Shown: piece after piece, positions 18,866 through 27,116 of the stretch
How positions within the stretch are numbered: the stretch's first letter is position 1
How the letters are laid out: every line of letters begins with the position of its first letter
Assembly (NCBI GenBank): GCA_902558095.1
Contig: CACECP010000001.1
Span: 90,050 to 154,049, forward strand
DNA from: an uncultured SAR86 cluster bacterium
GTDB taxonomy: Bacteria > Pseudomonadota > Gammaproteobacteria > Magnimaribacterales > D2472
Reading direction: 5' to 3'
DNA length: 64,000 nt
The notes under the pieces: generated by a model
What the model saw: the letters and a program-made list of their open reading frames with translations, nothing else
What the model was told of the DNA's origin: nothing
The model's database searches: none
Position numbers and translations under genes: made by a program

Positions 18866-20545
18866 TTAATAGCCTGATGCTTGGCCATCTTTTCGACTAT
18901 CTGATGCGCCTATATAGATATCATTTTTTATCATAATTGCCTGATATCCGCCAAAACCTCCTAAATCATATTGAAATTTATGACCAAATTTCTTTAGTTT
19001 TTCTACTTCTATTGAAGATATTCCTTTTTCAAGACTTAGGTATCCTCCATCAGTCATTATCTCACCTGTAGGTTGAGATGATCCAACGTGTCTAATTCTG
19101 GGTGCATCACCAGCTTCCTGTAAGTTCATTTCAAAATCAACTAAGTTCACAACTATCTGAACATGTCCTTGCGGCTGCATTGCTCCTCCCATTAAACCAA
19201 AACTTATAAAAGGCTTATCATCTTTTGTAATAAATGCAGGTATTATTGTATGAAATGGTCTTTTTCCACCAACTAAAGAGTTTTTATGATTTTTATCTAA
19301 ACTAAACATTTCACCTCTATCTTGAAGCATAAAACCAAGATTATTAGGTACCATGCCAGAGCCCATCCCTCTATAGTTACTTTGAATTAATGAAACCATA
19401 TTCCCAAATTTATCAGCAACTGTTAGGTAAATAGTGTCTCCGTCCTCTAAATTTCCTGCATTAAAACTGCTTGAAGAATTTTTGAGATCAATTAAATTTA
19501 ATCTATCCTTTGCATATTCCTTAGAAATTAATTTTGATACTGGAATATTTGAAAAGTTAGGATCAGCATAATACTTAGCCCTGTCTTCATATACTATTTT
19601 TTTAGTTTCTGTAAATAAATGAATATATTCTGCTGAACCAAAACCTAAGTTTTTAATGTCAAAGTTTTCTAAAATATTTAACATCTGAAGAGCCGCTATA
19701 CCCTGACCATTTGGAGGAAGTTCCCATACATCATAACCACGATAATTAGTTGAAACAGGATTAATCCACTCAGGCTTATACATTTTCAAATCCTCAAATG
19801 TTAAGTAACCTCCCTGCTGATTAATAAAATTTGAAATTTCTTTTGCTATATCTCCCTTATAAAAATCTTCACCATATGATTGTGCAATTTTTTTATATGT
19901 TTCTGCTAAAGATGGATTTTTAAATAAGTCTCCTTTTTTTGGGGTACTTCCGTTAGGCATCCATGTTTCTTTAAAATTTGGATAGTCTATAAAGTTAATT
20001 GAAGATAAATTTAAATAATATGCGACTACCTCAGATACAGGAAATCCGTTTTCAGCATAATTTATTGCATCATTAAAAAGAAATTTAAAATCTAGTAAAC
20101 CAAATTTTTTATGAAGTTCTGCCCAGCCACCAACAGCCCCTGGCACAGTTACTGGCAAGGGTCCATATGGGGGTATCTTATCTAAGCCCTTATTTTTAAT
20201 TTTATCTATACTTATGCTTTTAGGTGATGGACCTGAGGCATTAAGACCATATAATTTTGCATCATCTGCGCTCCACACAATTGCAAATAAATCACCTCCA
20301 ACACCACATCCAGTTGGCTCAACTAACCCAAGAACTGCATTTGCTGCAATAGCAGCATCTATAGCATTTCCACCATTTTGTAAGATTGATAATGCGGTTT
20401 GAGTGGCTAATGGATGACTTGTAGCTGCCATCCCATTTGTCGATAAAACCTCTGATCTGCTTGCGAATTCTAAACCTGTAATACGGTCATATGCATTAGA
20501 ATTAAATGCAATAAAAATTGTTATTAATATAATAGAATTTTTCAT
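18866..20545 (-). CDS. ggt: Gamma-glutamyltransferase
   Basis: Autoprocessing Thr context GDTIYLTVADKFGN and motif GLMGGAMQPQGH. Likely start is MKNSIILITIFIAFNSNA (20545), which gives a signal peptide. The track ORF extends to 20560. Confidence 0.9.
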   Translation of the reverse strand: MKNSIILITIFIAFNSNAYDRITGLEFASRSEVLSTNGMAATSHPLATQTALSILQNGGNAIDAAIAANAVLGLVEPTGCGVGGDLFAIVWSADDAKLYGLNASGPSPKSISIDKIKNKGLDKIPPYGPLPVTVPGAVGGWAELHKKFGLLDFKFLFNDAINYAENGFPVSEVVAYYLNLSSINFIDYPNFKETWMPNGSTPKKGDLFKNPSLAETYKKIAQSYGEDFYKGDIAKEISNFINQQGGYLTFEDLKMYKPEWINPVSTNYRGYDVWELPPNGQGIAALQMLNILENFDIKNLGFGSAEYIHLFTETKKIVYEDRAKYYADPNFSNIPVSKLISKEYAKDRLNLIDLKNSSSSFNAGNLEDGDTIYLTVADKFGNMVSLIQSNYRGMGSGMVPNNLGFMLQDRGEMFSLDKNHKNSLVGGKRPFHTIIPAFITKDDKPFISFGLMGGAMQPQGHVQIVVNLVDFEMNLQEAGDAPRIRHVGSSQPTGEIMTDGGYLSLEKGISSIEVEKLKKFGHKFQYDLGGFGGYQAIMIKNDIYIGASDSRKDGQASGY

Positions 20546-20552
20546 ATGTAAG

Positions 20553-21497
20553 TTAATCAATCACAACTAATGTTCCACCATTTTGTTCAGTTAACTCTCT
20601 CATTAGGGTGAGATATTTATCATTATCTTCTGGAGTTGCATAAGCCTGATTCGAACTTCTTGAAGTTAAGAAACCTAAAGCATTAATTCTTACGTATTTA
20701 GATCCATCACTTTTTGTATTTATTCTATTAATTTCAAGCAGTCTTTTATCGACATCTTTATTTTCATTGATATCATCACCAACTATAAAAATACCTACGT
20801 CATCAAATTTTTTTCCATAAAAATTTATAGATTTCTCAATAGCTGGAATTGGGTTACTTTGGGAAACGACATTTACTGTTCGTAATTTATTGACAGCGTC
20901 TATCCTATTAGCTTTGGTAGGTTTTACCCAATTACCTGCACCAATAATAGTTCTTCCAGTATCATTCATAACCATGAATCCCTCAAGGTTTGGAAATGTT
21001 GTAATAATAGTTTCAATTTCTTTAATAACACTTCGCCAAGGAGCTGCATAAAACATGCTTCCAGAATTATCTATAATAAAAATTAAATATCGACTATCTA
21101 TTCTAATTCCACTTGCTACTACTTGTTTTTCAGGTTGTTTTTGGTCTGCTTTTTTTACAATTATTTGACTTTGTTTTAGTTGAGATGTTTCTGTAAGACT
21201 TTCAGCTATATTTGTTCTTTCATTGAGGTTTTCTTTTACTTTGTCTAGTTCTTCTTGAATTGATATTAAGTTCTTCAACTTTGATGTAAGTTCATTATCG
21301 AACTCATTTAGTTCATTATTCTTCGTTACTATTTCTTCCTGTTTCGTTAGAAATAATTCAGCAGTATATTTATTTTCAATAATTTCTACTTCATTAAACT
21401 CACTTATCAATAAAATTAATACAAGCGCACCAAATCCACAAGCCATAATGTCTAAAAATGACATTGAGAAAACTTCAGTCGTTTTCTTTTCTTTCAT
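20553..21497 (-). CDS. g9: membrane protein with ExbD/TolR-like Asp TM helix + coiled coil + vWA-like domain (paralog of g8)
   Basis: N-terminal TM FSMSFLDIMACGFGALVLILLI, then a heptad-rich segment (about residues 45-115), then a vWA start LIFIIDNSGSM. I prefer ATG 21497, which forms an ATGA overlap with the g8 stop. The track ORF begins at a TTG (21506). Confidence 0.7.
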   Translation of the reverse strand: MKEKKTTEVFSMSFLDIMACGFGALVLILLISEFNEVEIIENKYTAELFLTKQEEIVTKNNELNEFDNELTSKLKNLISIQEELDKVKENLNERTNIAESLTETSQLKQSQIIVKKADQKQPEKQVVASGIRIDSRYLIFIIDNSGSMFYAAPWRSVIKEIETIITTFPNLEGFMVMNDTGRTIIGAGNWVKPTKANRIDAVNKLRTVNVVSQSNPIPAIEKSINFYGKKFDDVGIFIVGDDINENKDVDKRLLEINRINTKSDGSKYVRINALGFLTSRSSNQAYATPEDNDKYLTLMRELTEQNGGTLVVID

Positions 21498-22573
21498 GAT
21501 GGCCAATCCTTGCTTGAAGTTAAAAAGCAGCCACCAGTCTGTTTTGAAAATAAAGAATAAGTAAAGGTTGCTTTTGGATCACCTTTTAAAGGTAATAAAA
21601 TTAAATTTAGCTTTGCATTATATGTATTTCGGTCTGCATCATAAAAAATATCTTTATAAGTATCTTTAAAAGCACTAAAAAAATTTAATCTACACTCCAA
21701 ATCAATTAACTCTTCTTTAAGACATCCTTTAATTCTTCCATCTTTTAAACTTGGTGTTGATGATTTCGGTTTTATTGCCTGTGTTGGCAAACCATCGGTA
21801 ATTAAATAAATACTATCAGCATCTTTCCATTGTTCTAATTTTTTAAAAGCAAGCTGTAGATTGGTGCCGTGATCAGGCGCTTCTGTTAACAAATGAACTA
21901 AATGACCTTCAATTTCTATCTTGTTGCGTGAATCTATCCAGTCATTGGTATTTGGCTTTATTTTTAAGTCTTTATTGAAACTAGCTAATATAACTTCAGA
22001 ATCCTCAGGTAAATTATTTACCAACCATCTATAAATTTGTTTTGCTTTTTTCCATTTCTCAGTATTCTGTTTTATAAAATCTGTTTGAACGCTCAAACGA
22101 ATTATTTCAACTAGTTCTTTGTGAAGCATGCTTTCAGAAGAATCTATTAACAAAATAATTTTTTTTCCCTCGACGTTACACCCAGATATATATATTTTTT
22201 TAACAGGTTTATATTTTGTGGCAGCACTTTTCTTGAGTTGTTCCAGGACCGATGTTAGGTTTGTATTTTCATCAACTAAATTATCAATAACAGTATTTGT
22301 TATTTCTGTTTTTAATTTAGCTGAATTGATTTCTGAGCTTACGTTATCAATTGATTTTTGTACGTTAGATAATTCATTAGTTTTTGATTCTATTAAATCA
22401 TCAATGTTTTCAATTTGAGCTTCTAATGGAAGGATTTCATCTTTAAAGCTCTCGGTAAGAGGTGAATATGTAGCCTCTTTTACAAAGATAAACATTAAAG
22501 CTACCGCACCTAATCCACAAGCCATAATATCTATAAAAGATAATGAGAATGGATTTAGTTGTTTACGTTTCAA
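21494..22573 (-). CDS. g8: membrane protein with ExbD/TolR-like Asp TM helix + coiled coil + vWA domain (complete MIDAS)
   Basis: 359 aa with N-terminal TM FSLSFIDIMACGLGAVALMFIF and a heptad-rich linker. vWA motifs are ILLIDSSESM (DxSxS), GTNLQLAF (Thr) and IYLITDGLPT (Asp). TTG start lies 4 nt after the g7 stop, with no in-frame ATG before the TM helix. Confidence 0.75.
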   Translation of the reverse strand: MKRKQLNPFSLSFIDIMACGLGAVALMFIFVKEATYSPLTESFKDEILPLEAQIENIDDLIESKTNELSNVQKSIDNVSSEINSAKLKTEITNTVIDNLVDENTNLTSVLEQLKKSAATKYKPVKKIYISGCNVEGKKIILLIDSSESMLHKELVEIIRLSVQTDFIKQNTEKWKKAKQIYRWLVNNLPEDSEVILASFNKDLKIKPNTNDWIDSRNKIEIEGHLVHLLTEAPDHGTNLQLAFKKLEQWKDADSIYLITDGLPTQAIKPKSSTPSLKDGRIKGCLKEELIDLECRLNFFSAFKDTYKDIFYDADRNTYNAKLNLILLPLKGDPKATFTYSLFSKQTGGCFLTSSKDWPS

Positions 22574-22577
22574 GTAT

Positions 22578-23234
22578 TTATTTAGCTAAAAATCTTGCTC
22601 TTAGCATTACAATAAGGTTATCTTGTTTATACTCAATTCTTGTTATAAAAAACATCAACATAATGCTTAATAAAAGAGCTGTGAATGTTGAGTTAAAAGC
22701 AACACCAAGGCTTGTAGTCATACCTGTAATGTCACCGTCTATTGCTTCAGCAGCTTGAGACAACGCCTCTCCAATTCCTCTGACAGTACCTATAAATCCA
22801 ATTGATGGTATTGCCCAAGAAATATATTTGATAAATGAAAGGTCTAATTGAAATAAATCAAATTTATTTTCAATTAAAATAGAGTATATTTCTTTATTTG
22901 AAGTTTCACTGTCAATTTTTTCGCTTAGCTCTTCGAGCAATGGATCGTTATTATTTTCAAGCGATTTATAGTCATCTTGGAGTAAATAATAATTAAATGC
23001 TCCTATAATTAAGCTCCATAAAAATAATATTAAGCATATTTTTTGTTCGGGGTCTTTTAAAATAACTGAAAAGTGTCTTTCGGGAGAAATATTATTTGCC
23101 TGTGCTATTGCCATGAATTCAAATGCCATTGGATTTATAAGTGCAAGATAAAAAATATGTACAATTATTAGAGATAAAAAGAATGACAAAAAGATAAAGA
23201 TTGAATAATAAGATTTATTAAAATATTTTTTCAT
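22578..23234 (-). CDS. g7: divergent MotA/TolQ/ExbB-family proton channel
   Basis: 218 aa. The C-terminal half carries the family signature IPSIGFIGTVRGIGEAL ... GMTTSLGVAFNSTFTALLLSIMLMFF, directly comparable with ExbB at 1407..2006. Confidence 0.8.
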   Translation of the reverse strand: MKKYFNKSYYSIFIFLSFFLSLIIVHIFYLALINPMAFEFMAIAQANNISPERHFSVILKDPEQKICLILFLWSLIIGAFNYYLLQDDYKSLENNNDPLLEELSEKIDSETSNKEIYSILIENKFDLFQLDLSFIKYISWAIPSIGFIGTVRGIGEALSQAAEAIDGDITGMTTSLGVAFNSTFTALLLSIMLMFFITRIEYKQDNLIVMLRARFLAK

Positions 23235-23362
23235 TATATATCCTTGGGTAAATCAATTGAGTTGTTAATACTTAGTCTATTTTTTAAATTTAAATTATTT
23301 GATTGAGAATAAACAGTACCCGCAACAATAACTATAATAATTAAATATATTAAATACCGCAT
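23234..23362 (-). CDS. g6: unannotated 42-codon ORF, small hydrophobic/secreted peptide
   Basis: Manual translation: MRYLIYLIIIVIVAGTVYSQSNNLNLKNRLSINNSIDLPKDI. The ATG lies 2 nt after the g5 stop and the TAA overlaps the g7 ATG (TAATG). It exactly fills the only apparent gap in the operon. It is absent from the ORF track, in which no ORF is shorter than 61 aa. Confidence 0.55.
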   Translation of the reverse strand: MRYLIYLIIIVIVAGTVYSQSNNLNLKNRLSINNSIDLPKDI

Positions 23363-23364
23363 TT

Positions 23365-25257
23365 TTAGTAGATCCATCTTGCTATCCTAAATCCTATAAG
23401 TTCATTTTCTGCATTACCATATGTCCTATATGATAAACCAAGTTGAAGGGGTGTGGATGAATAATGATTAGATCCTTTTATTACGTGAGTAGTTCCAACT
23501 GTGGGGCCAATATAATCAGTAAAAATTTCAGATGGATCTATTATCTCAATTGAATAAAAGTCATTTACCCATTCTGATAAATTTCCAGTGATATCATTGA
23601 GACCATTTTGATTTGATCTAAATGATCCAACAGGTGATCTTTCTAAGTAACCATCATCATAATCAGGCACAAAATTGGCTAGAATCCCTTCTGTAGTTTG
23701 GTCTGCTATATTTCCAACTAATTTTCTAATTTGCCTATCTGATCCCCATGCATATATTAGCTCACCCTGTGTGGGGTTGTTGGATTTTGCAGCATACTCC
23801 CATTCTGCCTCTGTAGGTAATCTGTAACCATTAGATTTTGTATTGAAATATAATAACCTATCACCTTTGATAATATAAAATTGGTCCAGGCCTTCTTTAC
23901 GACTCAACCAATTGCAAAATTTTGCAGCATCAATCCAAGACACATTATTTACAGGAAGATTAGATGCACTTGTAGATTTTTTAAATTTTTTATATTGATT
24001 TTCAGTAATTAAATTTTTACTTATAAAAAAATGTTTTGTAATTTTTACCTTTTTTTGTAATTCATTAATATCTCTTCTTGACTCTCTTTTTGGAGAGCCC
24101 ATAGTAATTGATCCTGGATTCATAAGTATCAATTTTGAACCAATGGAATTAGTAGAATTATTCTTACTATCTATTAACGACGCTTGTTTATCTGTTAGTA
24201 AATTTTTATATATTTGAACTTTATCATTTAATGGTTCAAATGATTCTCTAATCGATCTATGGCCTAATGCCTCATAACTAATTTTATGTTTAATTTTTTG
24301 GATATCTTTTTTTAATGGTGTTGAGCCAATATACCTACCATTCAAAATCACCTTTGCAGGAACGTTACTGCTAAATTGAACTTCTGCCATATCTTTTTCA
24401 AGAGTTGTGCTTATCGTTTTTGTTTGATTATTAGGACTTATCAATTTATCACGATATCCATATTTCTTTATTTTGATTGTTCCTTTTTTAATATTAGGAA
24501 ATTTTATTGGGGTTATGCCAATATACTCATCATCTAAGAATACTGATGCACTTGGTGGATTTGATGATAGAGAAATTAAATTTTCATCTTCGTCAAGCAA
24601 ATAATTGATTTCAGATTTGTTGTTATCATTAACAAAATACTTAACTTTTTTTTCTTTATACCCGGCTTTTTTTAGAATTATTTCATTATTAGATCTATCT
24701 AAATTTATTGTCAATGGCGTTACGCCAAGCTCAGTATTATTTAAAAAAACTTTAGCATTATTTGGATTTGAAGATATTTGTAACGATTTATCAATTTTTT
24801 TAAGAATTACCGGAATCAATAATTCATCTGTGTATTTCTCTATTTCAAAATTTGATTTATAGGTTAAATGATTATTTGATGTTATTTCGTATGAATGAGC
24901 ACCCTTTTTTAACTTGATATTATCTAATGAATTAAGAACTTTATTGTTAAGAATAAATTTATCATAAGTATCGTTGATTTTAAAAACCACATTTATAGGT
25001 TTCTCAATAAGAATAATTTCTTTATCAGAGTCACGATGGTTGAATTCAATAGTTTTTGATTCATAGCCATATGCTTCCACATTTAGTTTAAATTTTCGAA
25101 AAAAAGAATATACAGTATCATTTATAATAATAGAATTTGGTGAACTAACCTTAAGCTCAGGATATTCTTCTTTATAGTTTATATTTGATGATTTTAAAAG
25201 AAAAAGTGGAATTGCTATTAGCAATGTCACTATAACAATAATTGTTTTTTTGTTCAT
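23365..25257 (-). CDS. g5: membrane-anchored PEGA-repeat protein with C-terminal FGE/SUMF1-like domain
   Basis: 630 aa with N-terminal TM IIVIVTLLIAIPLFLL. There are at least three PEGA units (ISSNPNNAKVFLNNTELGVTPLTINL; LSSNPPSASVFLDDEYIGITPIKF; FSSNVPAKVILNGRYIGSTPLKK). FGE-sulfatase motifs are NNVSWIDAAKFCNWLS, GYRLPTEAEWEYAAK and GFRIAR. Confidence 0.8.
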   Translation of the reverse strand: MNKKTIIVIVTLLIAIPLFLLKSSNINYKEEYPELKVSSPNSIIINDTVYSFFRKFKLNVEAYGYESKTIEFNHRDSDKEIILIEKPINVVFKINDTYDKFILNNKVLNSLDNIKLKKGAHSYEITSNNHLTYKSNFEIEKYTDELLIPVILKKIDKSLQISSNPNNAKVFLNNTELGVTPLTINLDRSNNEIILKKAGYKEKKVKYFVNDNNKSEINYLLDEDENLISLSSNPPSASVFLDDEYIGITPIKFPNIKKGTIKIKKYGYRDKLISPNNQTKTISTTLEKDMAEVQFSSNVPAKVILNGRYIGSTPLKKDIQKIKHKISYEALGHRSIRESFEPLNDKVQIYKNLLTDKQASLIDSKNNSTNSIGSKLILMNPGSITMGSPKRESRRDINELQKKVKITKHFFISKNLITENQYKKFKKSTSASNLPVNNVSWIDAAKFCNWLSRKEGLDQFYIIKGDRLLYFNTKSNGYRLPTEAEWEYAAKSNNPTQGELIYAWGSDRQIRKLVGNIADQTTEGILANFVPDYDDGYLERSPVGSFRSNQNGLNDITGNLSEWVNDFYSIEIIDPSEIFTDYIGPTVGTTHVIKGSNHYSSTPLQLGLSYRTYGNAENELIGFRIARWIY

Positions 25258-27116
25258 GCAACACAGAATCCAGCTGGAACAACCACAACATGATTTATTT
25301 TTCCAACTTGAGGCTGACCATTAATTTTAGGCACTTTAAATTTTGATTTCTTTAATGCTTTTTCAATTATTACTATCACGGCTCTATCATCAGATTTAAG
25401 ATTTTTTGATAGAGTCATTTCCTGATGTACTCTTATTGATGTAACTCTTGATGCTACTACTTTACCAGCTTTATCTACATTTAAAGTAAATGTTAGACGA
25501 AGTGGACTATTTCTGGTTGTTTTTGTACATACAATATTTTTTGAAAAAGATGAGCTTATAATTTTTGCATTTTTAATAAATTTTTCATCTAAAATGTTTT
25601 GTGCAGAATTGGTATTTTGTTGATTGTTGAATATGTTTTCTTCTTGTTCTTCTACGTTTGATAAATCGACATCATCTTTTGTAATATTTCCTGTTTCATA
25701 TATGGAACACTTGTTTGTACATATTGCCGTAATAGATAAAAACTCTTTACCAGGCTCTAAATTAATTTCTTTTCGAGTTGATTGCATACCTCTCTTTTTT
25801 GCTACTAAAACATATTTTCCTGGATAGAGTTTTATATTTTCTTCAGAAAAAGGTTCGTAGTTTCTTGTCTTTTGTATATCTACATAAGTTTCATCATTAG
25901 ATATAAGATTTAAAACTACCATCTCACCATATTTTTTAAATGTCTCGTTCGCTTGCAATATTAGATTAATTAATTTTTTTTCATCTTTGAGAATAAGATT
26001 ATTAGCAACTCCTATAACTCTCTCAAAATTATTTCTTATATTTGGTGAACTTAATCTATCGACATTTCTTAAATATTTATTTAAATCGTCATAAGTTTGT
26101 TTTATAGATGAGGTTCTATTAAATTTTCTAACTAAATCTGAATTTGTTGGGTCAAGTTTTAAGGCTTTGTTATATGCATCTAAGGCTGATTCCCAATTTT
26201 CAGCAGCATAGCTTCTGTCACCAGAATTTGTGAATAGAGTTATATCATAATTTTTCTTTTTAATATCAATTTCTCTTTTGAGTATTGGTAACTCTGAATT
26301 ATTAGGAAGAATCGATTTAGCGTCATTATATAAAGATAGGGATTTAGAAAAATCATTAGAATTTAGAGCGCTATATGCTTTTTTTAAGTTCTGATCAAAA
26401 TAATAAACTTTAGATTCATTTATAATTTTTACTTTAATTTGTTTTGCGTCAGCTCTTTCTGGATCTATTTGAATGGCCTCATCAATGGTTTGAATTGCTA
26501 GACTGTATTTTTTAGAGGAAGAATAGTCTTCTGCCGATGATATTAAATCGGTGACTATATAGTAGTTATCAATACGTTTGTTTATGTTAATTAACTTTTT
26601 GTTTGCTGGGTCAATAGACAATCCTTCTTCAACAAGCGTTTTAGCTTCGTCAAGTTTAACTAAGTCAAAAGCTAATTGTGATCTATCAATAATTTCTAAA
26701 ACTTTTAATCTATTTCTATCATTAAAGCTAATTATTAATTCAGAGGCCTCTTTATATGAATCTCTAGATTTAAAGTAAAATTCATCAAAATAAAATTTAT
26801 CACCATCTTTTTTAAGTGACTCAACCTCACTTAAAATACTTTTAGCTTCAGCCATTTCAACATTTTTGAATGATTCATATAGAGGATCTAATTTTTTTAG
26901 TTCAACTAAAGCTTCATTTCTTTCTTTACAAAGAGGTGAATTAGCCCAAACACCTGTGCAATCAAGGGATGTATTTGGGTCTACAGTAAGAATGTTTTCG
27001 TTAGAATTGGTAATAGGCTCCTCATTGCTACAACTATATAGCAATGAGAAGACAATAATACTTGTTAAACTTTTATAAAATCTCAAATTCATTGGTTTGA
27101 CTAGACTCTGATTCAT
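25254..27116 (-). CDS. g4: TPR-repeat lipoprotein with PEGA-like segment and TonB-C-like C-terminus
   Basis: 620 aa with lipobox IIVFSLLYSC (alternative start 27092, MNLRFYK...). Several TPR-like units are present (e.g. NWESALDAYNKALKLDPTNSDL). The C-terminus LRLTFTLNVDKAGKVVASRV...ALKKSKFKVPKINGQP resembles the TonB C-terminal fold pattern, which is tentative. Confidence 0.6.
   Translation of the reverse strand: MNQSLVKPMNLRFYKSLTSIIVFSLLYSCSNEEPITNSNENILTVDPNTSLDCTGVWANSPLCKERNEALVELKKLDPLYESFKNVEMAEAKSILSEVESLKKDGDKFYFDEFYFKSRDSYKEASELIISFNDRNRLKVLEIIDRSQLAFDLVKLDEAKTLVEEGLSIDPANKKLININKRIDNYYIVTDLISSAEDYSSSKKYSLAIQTIDEAIQIDPERADAKQIKVKIINESKVYYFDQNLKKAYSALNSNDFSKSLSLYNDAKSILPNNSELPILKREIDIKKKNYDITLFTNSGDRSYAAENWESALDAYNKALKLDPTNSDLVRKFNRTSSIKQTYDDLNKYLRNVDRLSSPNIRNNFERVIGVANNLILKDEKKLINLILQANETFKKYGEMVVLNLISNDETYVDIQKTRNYEPFSEENIKLYPGKYVLVAKKRGMQSTRKEINLEPGKEFLSITAICTNKCSIYETGNITKDDVDLSNVEEQEENIFNNQQNTNSAQNILDEKFIKNAKIISSSFSKNIVCTKTTRNSPLRLTFTLNVDKAGKVVASRVTSIRVHQEMTLSKNLKSDDRAVIVIIEKALKKSKFKVPKINGQPQVGKINHVVVVPAGFCVA

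Noticed and set aside
20553-23234. Assignment of the MotA-like gene plus partners to Zorya, the Bat/aerotolerance vWA operon, Tol-Pal, the flagellar stator or GldLM.
   Set aside because: No long ZorA-type cytoplasmic tail and no ZorC/D-like genes. No MoxR AAA+ or DUF58 genes. No TolA/TolB/Pal. No OmpA-like peptidoglycan-binding domain on the B-type subunits. No GldK/N. This is based on motif reading only, and a profile search could overturn it.
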